Source: a virus
Lineage: Duplodnaviria > Heunggongvirae > Uroviricota > Caudoviricetes
IMG/VR virus record: IMGVR_UViG_3300046820_001896
Length of the DNA: 64,000 nucleotides
Strand: one strand, 5' to 3'
The notes under the pieces are model-generated. The model was not told the origin of the DNA, searched no databases, and saw nothing but the letters and a program-made list of their open reading frames with translations. The position numbers and the translations under genes were made by a program. Below, one piece after another: positions 54,574 to 63,839 of the stretch. Numbering within the stretch: position 1 is the stretch's first letter; every line of letters starts with the position of its first letter.

Positions 54574-55307
54574 TGTTAACAGATCAAGAAATTAATGACT
54601 ATTACGATAGTCTTGTGCCAGTTATGCCAAGACCAGAAGATCGTGTCGTAGATATGTCATTTAAAAATACTAATACCAACATTCTAATATCTGCCGGTAG
54701 ATTATTAGCTGTTGCCAATTATTCTGCAAGCGTAAAAGCATTAGCAGAATTTAATAAATCTAATATTTTTACATTTCAATTAGTAGGAATGGAAGAACGT
54801 CCAAATTTATATTTTCAAAAAAATAAATGTTGGAGAATTCGTGTTACTGAAGATGGTAAAGCTTGGCAAGATTCGCCTAATATTGAATCAATCGAACAAT
54901 TATATGATTTTATTTTAATCTCTCAAAAAGCTGCAGTCTTAGATGTTATTCATCGTCGTTTAGATATGAATAGACGTAGAGAAATTAAAGCTGCACAAGG
55001 TCAAAATCACATCTATTTTGCAAAATATTTAGAAGCAAAAGAAATCCTTGAAAAAGGAATTACTGAAGATCCTATTTGTAAATATCCATTTGTTACTGGA
55101 TATGCTGATTTAGTCGGAATGGATATTGTAGAAGCATCTAAGCGCATTAAATTTAAGTATGAAACTCGTGCATCATTTTTAGCAGAAAATGAAACGCTTA
55201 GATTAAAATATACTGCATTCGTTAAACAGCAAACTACTCTGGAAGATTTAGGTGCTGTGTTAGAACAATTTAAAGCTGAAAGCACAAAGTACGGCGATTC
55301 ACTATGA
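54573..55307 (+). CDS. hypothetical protein (244 aa)
   Basis: taATG overlap. Confidence 0.5.
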   Translation: MLTDQEINDYYDSLVPVMPRPEDRVVDMSFKNTNTNILISAGRLLAVANYSASVKALAEFNKSNIFTFQLVGMEERPNLYFQKNKCWRIRVTEDGKAWQDSPNIESIEQLYDFILISQKAAVLDVIHRRLDMNRRREIKAAQGQNHIYFAKYLEAKEILEKGITEDPICKYPFVTGYADLVGMDIVEASKRIKFKYETRASFLAENETLRLKYTAFVKQQTTLEDLGAVLEQFKAESTKYGDSL

Positions 55308-56425
55308 GCACTATATTTTATAATAGTTATGATATCTTCGTAAATGAAGCATATCATGAAAAACGCAATCAAATTCCAGGTGGTCATGCATTTGGTGGTT
55401 ATTTTCAATTATTTTCTAGCAATATTACATCTATTGACAGAACGAATACATTTAGTATACCACTAAAGACTACTGTATTACCTCATCTTCAAATGCCAAA
55501 AATGAGAACATTCACTAAATCATTTAGTGATATTTGTGATGATAGAGCCATTGAATTGATGAATAAAGCTAAGACAGATAATCGTAAGATTGCGGTTATG
55601 TACAGCGGAGGAATTGATTCTACTGTTATTCTGTGTGCTTTATTAAAGAACTGCACAGAACAAGATTTAAAAAACCATGTAATTGTGCTTTTGACAGATC
55701 ATAGTATTTTAGAAAATCCTAATTTTTATAATGACTATATTATCAAAAAGTTTGAATGTGTTTCAAGTTATAGATTTCCATATTTCCTAGGGAATGATGA
55801 TTACATCGTAATTTCTGGTGAAAATGCAGATCAATTGTTTGGTTCACAAGTAGTTGCTAAATTTATTGCATATCGTTCGTTTGATTATTTGTTTACTCCA
55901 TTAGATCAAGCTGCTGGGGATATCATTGATTGGATGACTATGAAATTGCAAGATGAATATAAAAAATATGCGCCTTATTATTGGCAAATGTTTAGACATC
56001 TTTGCAATGCTGCTCCGATTCCTATTGATAACGTATATAAATTTTTCTGGTGGATTAACTTTACAAACAAATGGCAATCAGTATATGTTCGTATTTTACC
56101 ATACGCTAAAAATAGAAGTAATATTAAATTAGAAGATAATTACACTACGTTTTTCTGCCCGCAAGATTTCCAATTGTGGTCATTAAATAATCCAGATAAT
56201 CTAGTAAAAGAATCTTTAGATAATGTAAAATATATCGCAAAAGATTATATTTTAGATTTTAATGGAGATCAATCTTACTATAAAAAACCTAAGATTGGTA
56301 GCTTAACTAATATTGTGAAGCAAAAAGAAATTGTTATGTTATTAAATGATGATATGACATTTACAAATGACTACCCAGATAGTCAACACTGGAATGAAAC
56401 AAACACTTTTTCGGAGATGATGTAA
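55304..56425 (+). CDS. PP-loop ATP pyrophosphatase superfamily protein (QueC / Asn-synthetase-like adenylating enzyme)
   Basis: SGGIDS PP-loop inside IAVMYSGGIDSTVILCALL, near residue 100. Confidence 0.6.
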   Translation: MSTIFYNSYDIFVNEAYHEKRNQIPGGHAFGGYFQLFSSNITSIDRTNTFSIPLKTTVLPHLQMPKMRTFTKSFSDICDDRAIELMNKAKTDNRKIAVMYSGGIDSTVILCALLKNCTEQDLKNHVIVLLTDHSILENPNFYNDYIIKKFECVSSYRFPYFLGNDDYIVISGENADQLFGSQVVAKFIAYRSFDYLFTPLDQAAGDIIDWMTMKLQDEYKKYAPYYWQMFRHLCNAAPIPIDNVYKFFWWINFTNKWQSVYVRILPYAKNRSNIKLEDNYTTFFCPQDFQLWSLNNPDNLVKESLDNVKYIAKDYILDFNGDQSYYKKPKIGSLTNIVKQKEIVMLLNDDMTFTNDYPDSQHWNETNTFSEMM

Positions 56426-57069
56426 TGATTATTGAAAACAAGATTGATGTGCTAGATACGATGTATCCTTGTTATGCTGAAAAAGTAGTAAATGCATTAT
56501 ATCACTCTAAAGCATATTGTACATTATATGGATATATTATGTCAGGAGAAGTTACATTTCCTAATGGAAGTGTAGCTGTAGAAGGGCAATATTTTTGTTA
56601 TTGGACTGGTGAAGGTGATTCTATTAGAACTACTGGTGAAGTTTACATATTCACACGCTTTGGATTCAAAGGACAAAACACCATTGGTGGTCCAATTGAA
56701 GAAAGCGGTCGTTTAGTTTATATAGATTCTTGTTCTGATAGTTTATTGGTGTATCCTCCTAGAATGGGAGATCCATCTTTAAACTTATTACAATTTCCTT
56801 CTGCTGTCAAACAATCGTATCATATCCATCCGAGCATTAGACTTGGAGTAGTTGTAAAAGGTAAAGGATATGCTTGTATCAAAAAAGCATATGAAGAAGA
56901 ACAAATTGAATTAAAGCCAGGTGTTATGTTCTGTATAGAAGAAAGAGAACAACATCGTTTTATGACAACATACGATGAAATGACAGTTATAGCATTCCAT
57001 CCAGACGGTGATTGGGGTCCAACTGATCATAATCACACAATGTTAAACAGAACATATATTACGAAATAA
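56425..57069 (+). CDS. cupin-like protein
   Basis: Loose HIHPS ... G ... EEREQHRF pattern. Weak evidence. Confidence 0.35.
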   Translation: MIIENKIDVLDTMYPCYAEKVVNALYHSKAYCTLYGYIMSGEVTFPNGSVAVEGQYFCYWTGEGDSIRTTGEVYIFTRFGFKGQNTIGGPIEESGRLVYIDSCSDSLLVYPPRMGDPSLNLLQFPSAVKQSYHIHPSIRLGVVVKGKGYACIKKAYEEEQIELKPGVMFCIEEREQHRFMTTYDEMTVIAFHPDGDWGPTDHNHTMLNRTYITK

Positions 57070-57081
57070 TCGGAGAAAAAT

Positions 57082-57441
57082 ATGGCAGCGCCAAATATCG
57101 TTAACGTTTCAAACATTACTGGAAAAACAGCTGTAATGTTTGTTACTACATCTGCGCAAGATCTTATCACAAATCCTGCATCTAGCAATAAAGTTTTAAA
57201 ACTAAATAGTTTGACTATTGCTAACGTTAACGGAACTGCAGCTGCATCTGTGACTGTTAGTATTTTTAGAAGTTCATCAGAGTATAAACTTGCACATACT
57301 GTTTTCGTTCCAGCAAATGCTACTTTAGTTGTAGTATCAAAGGATAGTGGAATTTATTTAGAAGAAGGCGATAGTTTACGCATTGTCGGATCAGCAAATA
57401 ATTATTTGCATGCAGTATGTGGATATGAGAGCATTAGTTAA
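57082..57441 (+). CDS. beta-rich structural protein
   Basis: Strong RBS cggagaaaaat. Confidence 0.45.
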   Translation: MAAPNIVNVSNITGKTAVMFVTTSAQDLITNPASSNKVLKLNSLTIANVNGTAAASVTVSIFRSSSEYKLAHTVFVPANATLVVVSKDSGIYLEEGDSLRIVGSANNYLHAVCGYESIS

Positions 57442-58073
57442 TGTCTTTACGCAACAAAGGTAAAGCTGGTTATATTGGATACGACCGTGTTAGTAGTCCT
57501 GATGTTGGAAGCGGTATATGGAACTTAAACCAACATCACACAGCTGTATCTGATTATAGTTGGGCTGGTCAGTCTGTATACACAAACTATGATGGAAATT
57601 TAAATGGTTTTACTGTTAGCGGAGCTACTACTAGCAGTAATGCCATATATGTTCCAGGAAATAGTTATGCATATAGAGATATGATATCTCCGTTCACTAG
57701 TTTATTATTTAAAACAATGACTTTTGAAGTTTATATTAGCGGCGGAGTATGTGGTGTATTAATTGGAAGTTCTACTGCCGGTAGAGGACCTTTATTAAAA
57801 CTAGATGCACGTGGCGGCAGTAATTATAGCGGTATGATGTTCCAAACTTCTTGGACTGTTAGAGGTGATCCTCCAGTTACCGGTGTGCAATTACCAGCGA
57901 ATTCATGGGTACCTGTGCGACTAGAAGTTAATAATGCGATGCGTATTGACTGGTCTGCAAATAATAGGTATGATCGTCAACCTATTCTTTTATCTGGTCC
58001 ATTTATTACATTCCTTGGATTAGGCGGCGGCGGTTATTTTAGAAATATTAGAGTTTATAATGGTGTATCATAA
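57441..58073 (+). CDS. tail fibre-like protein with N-terminal GIWNLNQ motif
   Basis: It shares the GIW(N/H)L(N/K)Q N-terminal motif with the next gene. Confidence 0.45.
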   Translation: MSLRNKGKAGYIGYDRVSSPDVGSGIWNLNQHHTAVSDYSWAGQSVYTNYDGNLNGFTVSGATTSSNAIYVPGNSYAYRDMISPFTSLLFKTMTFEVYISGGVCGVLIGSSTAGRGPLLKLDARGGSNYSGMMFQTSWTVRGDPPVTGVQLPANSWVPVRLEVNNAMRIDWSANNRYDRQPILLSGPFITFLGLGGGGYFRNIRVYNGVS

Positions 58074-59266
58074 TGTATAACGGCGGAATATTTGGTAAAA
58101 AAAATTATCCAAACGTTTTTAATGCTAATGGTATATGGCATTTAAAACAAGTTGGGGATTTTATACATCGTGGTGAATGGTATTTTGCAAGAAGCGCAAC
58201 TGTTAATGCTACTTCATTTTTAGAAGGTGATACTATCACTGTTACAATTAATGCTCCAAGCTTACCAGACGGTACAAAACTATATTGGACTATTAATACT
58301 GTTTCAGGAACTATTCGTACAGATGATTTCGATAATCGTATTTTGAATGGTCCGCTTTCTATTATTAATGGAAAAGATACGACTAGTAGAAAATTAGAAA
58401 CAAGTAAACAAGGAGATGGTAATAGATCATTTACTATTGCTATTAGAACTGAATCTGTAGAAGGTCCAATTATTGCAACTACTCCTGTTTTAACACTAGA
58501 CGACGTAGCTCGTGGCGGTAATGCCATTTTTGATAGAGGTGGATATCGATATCATAAATTTACTTCTTCTGGTAATTTCCTTTGTAATCGTTCTCTCGGT
58601 TTAACTGTATTTGCAGTTGGCGGAGGCGGTGGCGGTGGCGGTAATGGTGGAGGTGGCGGCGGTGGCGGAGGTATCGTATATACAAATATCTCTGTTGGAG
58701 CTGGAACTTATTTTATTGGAATAGGTGGAGGAGGAAGCGCAGCTCCTAATGGTAGTGTACACGGAGGAAACGGTGGAGCTACCACATTTCAAGGATTTAT
58801 AACTGCTAATGGCGGTGGCGGTGGTGGCTCTCGAGACACAGATCGTAACGGTTATTATGGTGGTTCAGGTGGTGGTGGATCTAGTAATGGTGGAGGAGGT
58901 GGCGGTACTCCTGGCCAAGGTAATAATGGTGGTAATGGTATTATTGCTGGTTCTGGTGAAGTCCAATCTACTGGCGGTGGTGGCGGTGGATATGGCGGTG
59001 GTGGACAAAACGGTGCTGCTAAAGATGCTGGTAATGGTGGACCAGGAGGTGCATTTGATCCAACTGCCGACGGTACTGCAGAATATTATTCTGGCGGCGG
59101 AGGTGGAGGTAGAACTGTTTTCGGTACTACTGGTTCAAATGGTCAAGGGCAAGGTGTCAATAGAGGTGGAGGAGGTAAAGGCGGTTCTGGAGGATCGACT
59201 TCATTTGCTGCTCAAGCTGGAGACACAGGCTATTGTGTAATTCGTTATTTGATTCCGAGTAATTAA
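58073..59266 (+). CDS. glycine-rich tail fibre-like protein (long GGxGG tracts), N-terminal GIWHLKQ motif
   Basis: 397 aa. More than 40% Gly in the C-terminal half, encoded by ggtggcggtgg repeats. Confidence 0.55.
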   Translation: MYNGGIFGKKNYPNVFNANGIWHLKQVGDFIHRGEWYFARSATVNATSFLEGDTITVTINAPSLPDGTKLYWTINTVSGTIRTDDFDNRILNGPLSIINGKDTTSRKLETSKQGDGNRSFTIAIRTESVEGPIIATTPVLTLDDVARGGNAIFDRGGYRYHKFTSSGNFLCNRSLGLTVFAVGGGGGGGGNGGGGGGGGGIVYTNISVGAGTYFIGIGGGGSAAPNGSVHGGNGGATTFQGFITANGGGGGGSRDTDRNGYYGGSGGGGSSNGGGGGGTPGQGNNGGNGIIAGSGEVQSTGGGGGGYGGGGQNGAAKDAGNGGPGGAFDPTADGTAEYYSGGGGGGRTVFGTTGSNGQGQGVNRGGGGKGGSGGSTSFAAQAGDTGYCVIRYLIPSN

Positions 59267-59267
59267 T

Positions 59268-59636
59268 ATGGCAACATACGCTCAAATAGATGAAAATGAT
59301 TTTGTAGTAAATGTTATAGTTGCTGAAGAAGAATTTATTGCTTCTTTACCTAATACTGCTGAATTTATACAAACATCCAGAAATACGTATGGAGGAGTAC
59401 ATGTATTAGGCAAAACTCCGCTTAGAAAAAATTATGCAGCTATTGGTTATTTTTACGATAGAAATAGAGATGCATTTATTCCGCCAAAGCTTTTTGATTC
59501 ATTCGTATTTAATGAAGATACATGTCAATGGGATCCTCCTATTCCATGTCCAAATAAAGATGGATACATGTATAAATGGAATGAAAATACAATCTCATGG
59601 ATAGAGCAATTAATTCCTCCAGATGATTCGGCGTAA
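59268..59636 (+). CDS. hypothetical protein (possible fibre assembly factor)
   Basis: ORF 1 nt after the upstream stop. Confidence 0.4.
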   Translation: MATYAQIDENDFVVNVIVAEEEFIASLPNTAEFIQTSRNTYGGVHVLGKTPLRKNYAAIGYFYDRNRDAFIPPKLFDSFVFNEDTCQWDPPIPCPNKDGYMYKWNENTISWIEQLIPPDDSA

Positions 59637-59647
59637 GCAGTAAATCA

Positions 59648-59655
59648 TATAAATA
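59648..59655 (+). promoter_or_regulatory. T4-type late promoter motif TATAAATA
   Basis: Exact motif lying 34 nt upstream of ATG 59689. Confidence 0.45.
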
Positions 59656-59688
59656 AAGCCAGAATAACAATATTTTGGATTTGCATTA

Positions 59689-60027
59689 ATGTCTCAGTTA
59701 GTTAACCTAGTTATCGACCAAGGATCAGACTTCGTAGCCACGTTGGATATCGAAGATTCCATTGGTACTGCATTGGATTTAGCTCCATACACAGTGCGTG
59801 GTCAAATTAGAAAGACATACACTTCGCTTACAGCAACAGTAATTGGTTGCACAAAAACAGATAACAGAGGCGAAGTAAAATTAACGCTGACAAATGAACA
59901 AACGTCAGCTATGCGTGACGGTCGTTATGTGTATGATATTGAGATTGTCCATTCAATTTTAGGCACAGTAATTCGTGTTGTTGAAGGACAAGTAACAGTA
60001 ACTCCTAGAGCAACTCGACCAGCGTAA
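59689..60027 (+). CDS. hypothetical protein
   Basis: ORF only. Confidence 0.45.
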   Translation: MSQLVNLVIDQGSDFVATLDIEDSIGTALDLAPYTVRGQIRKTYTSLTATVIGCTKTDNRGEVKLTLTNEQTSAMRDGRYVYDIEIVHSILGTVIRVVEGQVTVTPRATRPA

Positions 60028-60036
60028 GAGGCATAA

Positions 60037-60261
60037 ATGACAACATTAAGATCAAGAATTAAACTTGACACACCAGTCACAGTACGTACTTTTGCTCTTG
60101 GTATCACATCGTTAAATTTACTAGATTTAAATGACGTAGATTCCACTGAATTAGAAGATGGTGCGATGATGATATATGATGCTGATACTGCAAAATTCAA
60201 ACTAACAGCTACGATCGATCATCCTCGATCAAAAGTAAAAATCATCGGAGGAAAGTACTAA
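60037..60261 (+). CDS. hypothetical small protein
   Basis: RBS agaggcataa. Confidence 0.4.
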   Translation: MTTLRSRIKLDTPVTVRTFALGITSLNLLDLNDVDSTELEDGAMMIYDADTAKFKLTATIDHPRSKVKIIGGKY

Positions 60262-60264
60262 ACC

Positions 60265-61656
60265 ATGGCAACGATTATTAAAATCAAAAACTCGGGCACA
60301 AGCGGCTCACCAAGTACGCTTGCAACAGGAGAGTTAGCCTATTCATATCTATCACAAGATTCTATTGAAGGTCTTGTTGTTGCCAATGGCGGTGATCGCT
60401 TATATATTGGTACTGGTGACGAAGTTGCTGGTGAAGCAACAAACATCGTACATATTGGCGGTAAGTATTATATGGATATGTTGGATCACCAAAACGGTGT
60501 TCTAACAGTTAATTCTGCAGTAATTACAGATTCTAACAATAAAGTAAATCAATTTAACGTTGATAACTTACGTTTAGATGCTAATACACTTTCTATCACA
60601 GAAACAAACGGTGATTTACGTTTAGCAGCTAATGGTACTGGTAAAATCCGTTTTGACTCTGACTTAGTATTAGACACATCTGCTGTTGATACTATCAGTT
60701 CTTCACGTGAAGATGGTAATATTTTTATTGCCCCAGGTTCTACTGGTTATGTTCAGTTCTCTTCACAAAACGCTATTCGTTTACCAGTAGGTAATACATC
60801 AACACGCGACTCATCACCTTTACAAGGTATGGTACGTTATAACACTACGGATGGTTGGTTTGAAGGTTATGACGGTACAGACTGGATTTCGTTAAATCGT
60901 TTAATTGATTCAGCATCTTCTGGTAATGATACAAAGATTACTGTTGAAAATGCAACAGGTGTAAACAATGATCAAATCCGTATGTGGACTGACGGTGTTG
61001 AACGTCAACGTGTTGAAGCAACTGGTGAAACAAAGTTCTCTGATGATTTAACAGCAGTATCTCCAGTTGGTACACAAATCAAGAACAATAGAATTTCTAC
61101 ATTCGGTTCTGACATTCTTTACCTTGATCCATCAACAGGTGTATCAAATACTGGTTCTGTTGTTATTGAAGGTAACTTAACTATCAAGGGTGTTACAACA
61201 ACAGTTTCAGCTGCATCAGCACAGTCAAATAATCCTACAATGATTTTAGGTTATCAATCTGATGCTGAAGGTGCAGAAACTGCAATGACTGCGCCTGATG
61301 GTCTTGATAAAGGTATTGAATTTAGATGGCACAATGGTACTGCAGCTAAATCAGGTTTCTTTGGTTATGATTCATCTGCAAAGCGCTTCACATTCATTGA
61401 AGATGCTACTAACTCAGACGATGCATTCTCTGGTACACCATCAGATGTACGTTTCGGTAATGCATTACTAACAGAACTATCATTCTCTGTATTCACAGCT
61501 AACTCAGTACCTTGGGTTGATGTGAACGGTGACACATCATTTATTACTGGCGATGATGCTAGCGTATATAATGGTGGTGACACAACTGGTCAAGTTTTAC
61601 AAATGAATTCATCTGGTCTTCCAGTATTCAGCCATATTGATTGTGGCACATATTAA
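60265..61656 (+). CDS. tail fibre protein
   Basis: 463 aa. Beta-rich and Thr/Ser/Gly/Asn-rich, with an N-terminal IKNSGTSG...GELAY. Confidence 0.5.
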   Translation: MATIIKIKNSGTSGSPSTLATGELAYSYLSQDSIEGLVVANGGDRLYIGTGDEVAGEATNIVHIGGKYYMDMLDHQNGVLTVNSAVITDSNNKVNQFNVDNLRLDANTLSITETNGDLRLAANGTGKIRFDSDLVLDTSAVDTISSSREDGNIFIAPGSTGYVQFSSQNAIRLPVGNTSTRDSSPLQGMVRYNTTDGWFEGYDGTDWISLNRLIDSASSGNDTKITVENATGVNNDQIRMWTDGVERQRVEATGETKFSDDLTAVSPVGTQIKNNRISTFGSDILYLDPSTGVSNTGSVVIEGNLTIKGVTTTVSAASAQSNNPTMILGYQSDAEGAETAMTAPDGLDKGIEFRWHNGTAAKSGFFGYDSSAKRFTFIEDATNSDDAFSGTPSDVRFGNALLTELSFSVFTANSVPWVDVNGDTSFITGDDASVYNGGDTTGQVLQMNSSGLPVFSHIDCGTY

Positions 61657-61675
61657 TTAATTATAAGGATATATT

Positions 61676-61879
61676 ATGTCAGCTATTGAAGCGAGTCAAG
61701 ATTTTGTTAATAAGTTTGTAGAGAGACAACAACGAGCTATTGCGGATCTAATGAATAAAGTAATTTTATTAGAAACGCAATTAGCAGTTGCACAAGATAG
61801 AGTTAAAGCTTTAGAAGCTGTAGCTCAAAAAGAAGATAAAAAAGAAGACTTTAAGTCGTCAGAAATTAAAGAAGACTAA
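61676..61879 (+). CDS. small coiled-coil protein
   Basis: RBS aaggatatatt. Confidence 0.4.
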   Translation: MSAIEASQDFVNKFVERQQRAIADLMNKVILLETQLAVAQDRVKALEAVAQKEDKKEDFKSSEIKED

Positions 61880-62349
61880 TGGCAACTAATGGTACAACAG
61901 TAACGCTAAAGAAGAATACTACACATGATGTAGAACCTACTTCTTTATATCAAGCTGAATTAGCAATTAATACAGCTGATGCAAAAATCTTCGCGCAACG
62001 TGATGATGGTGTTATTTTGTCCCAATCTATTGGTACAGTTCAAGCTAATTATTATGTAGCTAGTACTACTACATCAAATCAAGTTATTGATTCATTTGAT
62101 GCAACGATTTATCGTTCTGCAAAATATGTAGTACAGTGTACACATGCAACGCTAGGTTATCAAACAATTGAAATTTTAGTAATGCACGATGGTACAAATG
62201 TTTATATTACTCGTTATGGTTTAATGTTTACTGCTAATGAATTAGCAGAATTTAGTGTAGCTAAAGATGATGATCAAATACAACTCTTAGCAACACCAAC
62301 AAATACCAATACAACGTTTAAATTCACAAGAACCGTTGTTCAGGCATAA
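61879..62349 (+). CDS. hypothetical structural protein
   Basis: taATG overlap. Confidence 0.45.
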   Translation: MATNGTTVTLKKNTTHDVEPTSLYQAELAINTADAKIFAQRDDGVILSQSIGTVQANYYVASTTTSNQVIDSFDATIYRSAKYVVQCTHATLGYQTIEILVMHDGTNVYITRYGLMFTANELAEFSVAKDDDQIQLLATPTNTNTTFKFTRTVVQA

Positions 62350-62364
62350 GTATAAATACAAGAT

Positions 62365-62646
62365 ATGGCAACAATTAATAAAGCATTCATCGTAAAAGAT
62401 AACTTAGTTATTGATCAAGCACCTGGTCGACAATTTGTCATTCCAGTTGGGCTTGACGCCGATAGACCAGGTGTTAATGGTTTACCTGAACCAATTCCTG
62501 GAACTATTCGTCTTAATGAAAATAGAGGCGTTGTAGAAATTTTTAATAGTTCTGAAGAATGGCAATCTGTTGCTTCTGCTGGTGATGCTGTCAACGCTCA
62601 AGGTGCTGAAGAAATTGCTTTAGTACAATCAATTATTTTTGGATAA
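62365..62646 (+). CDS. hypothetical protein
   Basis: TATAAATA sits only 6 nt upstream, so that promoter assignment is doubtful. Confidence 0.4.
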   Translation: MATINKAFIVKDNLVIDQAPGRQFVIPVGLDADRPGVNGLPEPIPGTIRLNENRGVVEIFNSSEEWQSVASAGDAVNAQGAEEIALVQSIIFG

Positions 62647-62649
62647 GAT

Positions 62650-62991
62650 ATGGCATCAGTAAGTAATATCACAAATAAAGTACTTAAGAATTTAGGTAAA
62701 GATGAACAAACATTGATTTCAACATCATCTGTTCAAAAAGGCGCATGCGTTGGTTTAAGTCTTGCTAATTTAACACAACAAGTTGTTAAAGCATCGGTAT
62801 TTGTTACCGATGCGACTGATGTTAAAGGTTACTATATTAAAGATTTAGAGATTGCTCCTAATAGTAGTGCACGAATTATTAACGGTGGTGAAAAGTTATT
62901 GCTAGCACCATCTAATTCTGTAAGCGTTGTATGTGATACGTGGGATGCATTAGATGTTGTATTCTCTCTTGTTGTTATTACATACTCATAA
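62650..62991 (+). CDS. hypothetical protein
   Basis: ORF only. Confidence 0.4.
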   Translation: MASVSNITNKVLKNLGKDEQTLISTSSVQKGACVGLSLANLTQQVVKASVFVTDATDVKGYYIKDLEIAPNSSARIINGGEKLLLAPSNSVSVVCDTWDALDVVFSLVVITYS

Positions 62992-63000
62992 GGTTAATAT

Positions 63001-63798
63001 ATGACAACACCATACGTTTTAGGTCAATCAGTAGGAGATTTTGAAAATTCTCCTGGCGTATATCTTTTTGCTTTGCGCCGCACAGAAGAAGGTGATTTAT
63101 ATCTTCTTAAAGTAAATTTAAATGATCCAAATGATTCAGCACAATTATTTGGTGACGATATGCCTGCAGAATTTGCAGACTATACATTTCCTGGCGACGA
63201 CTATTTCGATGGTCGTGACGAAGCCAGATTATTAGAATATAGTACAGATGATGTAAAATATGAGCAATGGAAATGGGAAGATTCAATTAGATCTTACTAC
63301 ATTGACACGGAAGGTAATTTTGTATTAGTTACTGGTGAAAATATTGAATTGCCAGCAATCGAAGATATACAAATTCCAACTGGTCATGAACAAACGTTTG
63401 ATATTGTTGGAGAAAACTTCAATATTAATTTATACGATAAACTAATTTCAATGGGTTGGAATGGTTTATCTGAAGTAACTGTGAATATTACTGGTAATAT
63501 CGGTTCTACGAATCCAGTAAAACCTGCATTATTGATCACTAAACAATTTAAGAATGGTTTGACGATCATAAATACAGGTAATATCATAGGATGTAACGGC
63601 AATTTACAACACGATCCTGTAGATAATAGATATAATGGCGTTGCTATTGTAGTTGAAACTACAGTTGATTCATTTACAAACAGCGGACTTGTCAAGGCTG
63701 GCTCATTTAATAGAGCTTACGCTAATGTTTTCAGAGGATTTAATAATATTGATTCTTGGCAAAACAACGGTGGATCTTGGATAGGTTACGACGATTAA
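63001..63798 (+). CDS. hypothetical structural protein
   Basis: ORF only. Confidence 0.45.
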   Translation: MTTPYVLGQSVGDFENSPGVYLFALRRTEEGDLYLLKVNLNDPNDSAQLFGDDMPAEFADYTFPGDDYFDGRDEARLLEYSTDDVKYEQWKWEDSIRSYYIDTEGNFVLVTGENIELPAIEDIQIPTGHEQTFDIVGENFNINLYDKLISMGWNGLSEVTVNITGNIGSTNPVKPALLITKQFKNGLTIINTGNIIGCNGNLQHDPVDNRYNGVAIVVETTVDSFTNSGLVKAGSFNRAYANVFRGFNNIDSWQNNGGSWIGYDD

Positions 63799-63839
63799 TT
63801 TTAGAGCACTCAAACTGCAATATCAAAGGGAATAACAAA

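Noticed and set aside
58600-59200. ggtggcggtgg repeat tracts considered as a CRISPR or repeat array
   Set aside because: The repeats are irregular, they sit in-frame as Gly codons of a long ORF, and there is no spacer structure.
58105-59240. ORFs 58105-58527(-), 58601-58792(-) and 58809-59240(+)
   Set aside because: Alternate-frame and opposite-strand readings of the Gly-codon repeat DNA of gene 58073-59266.
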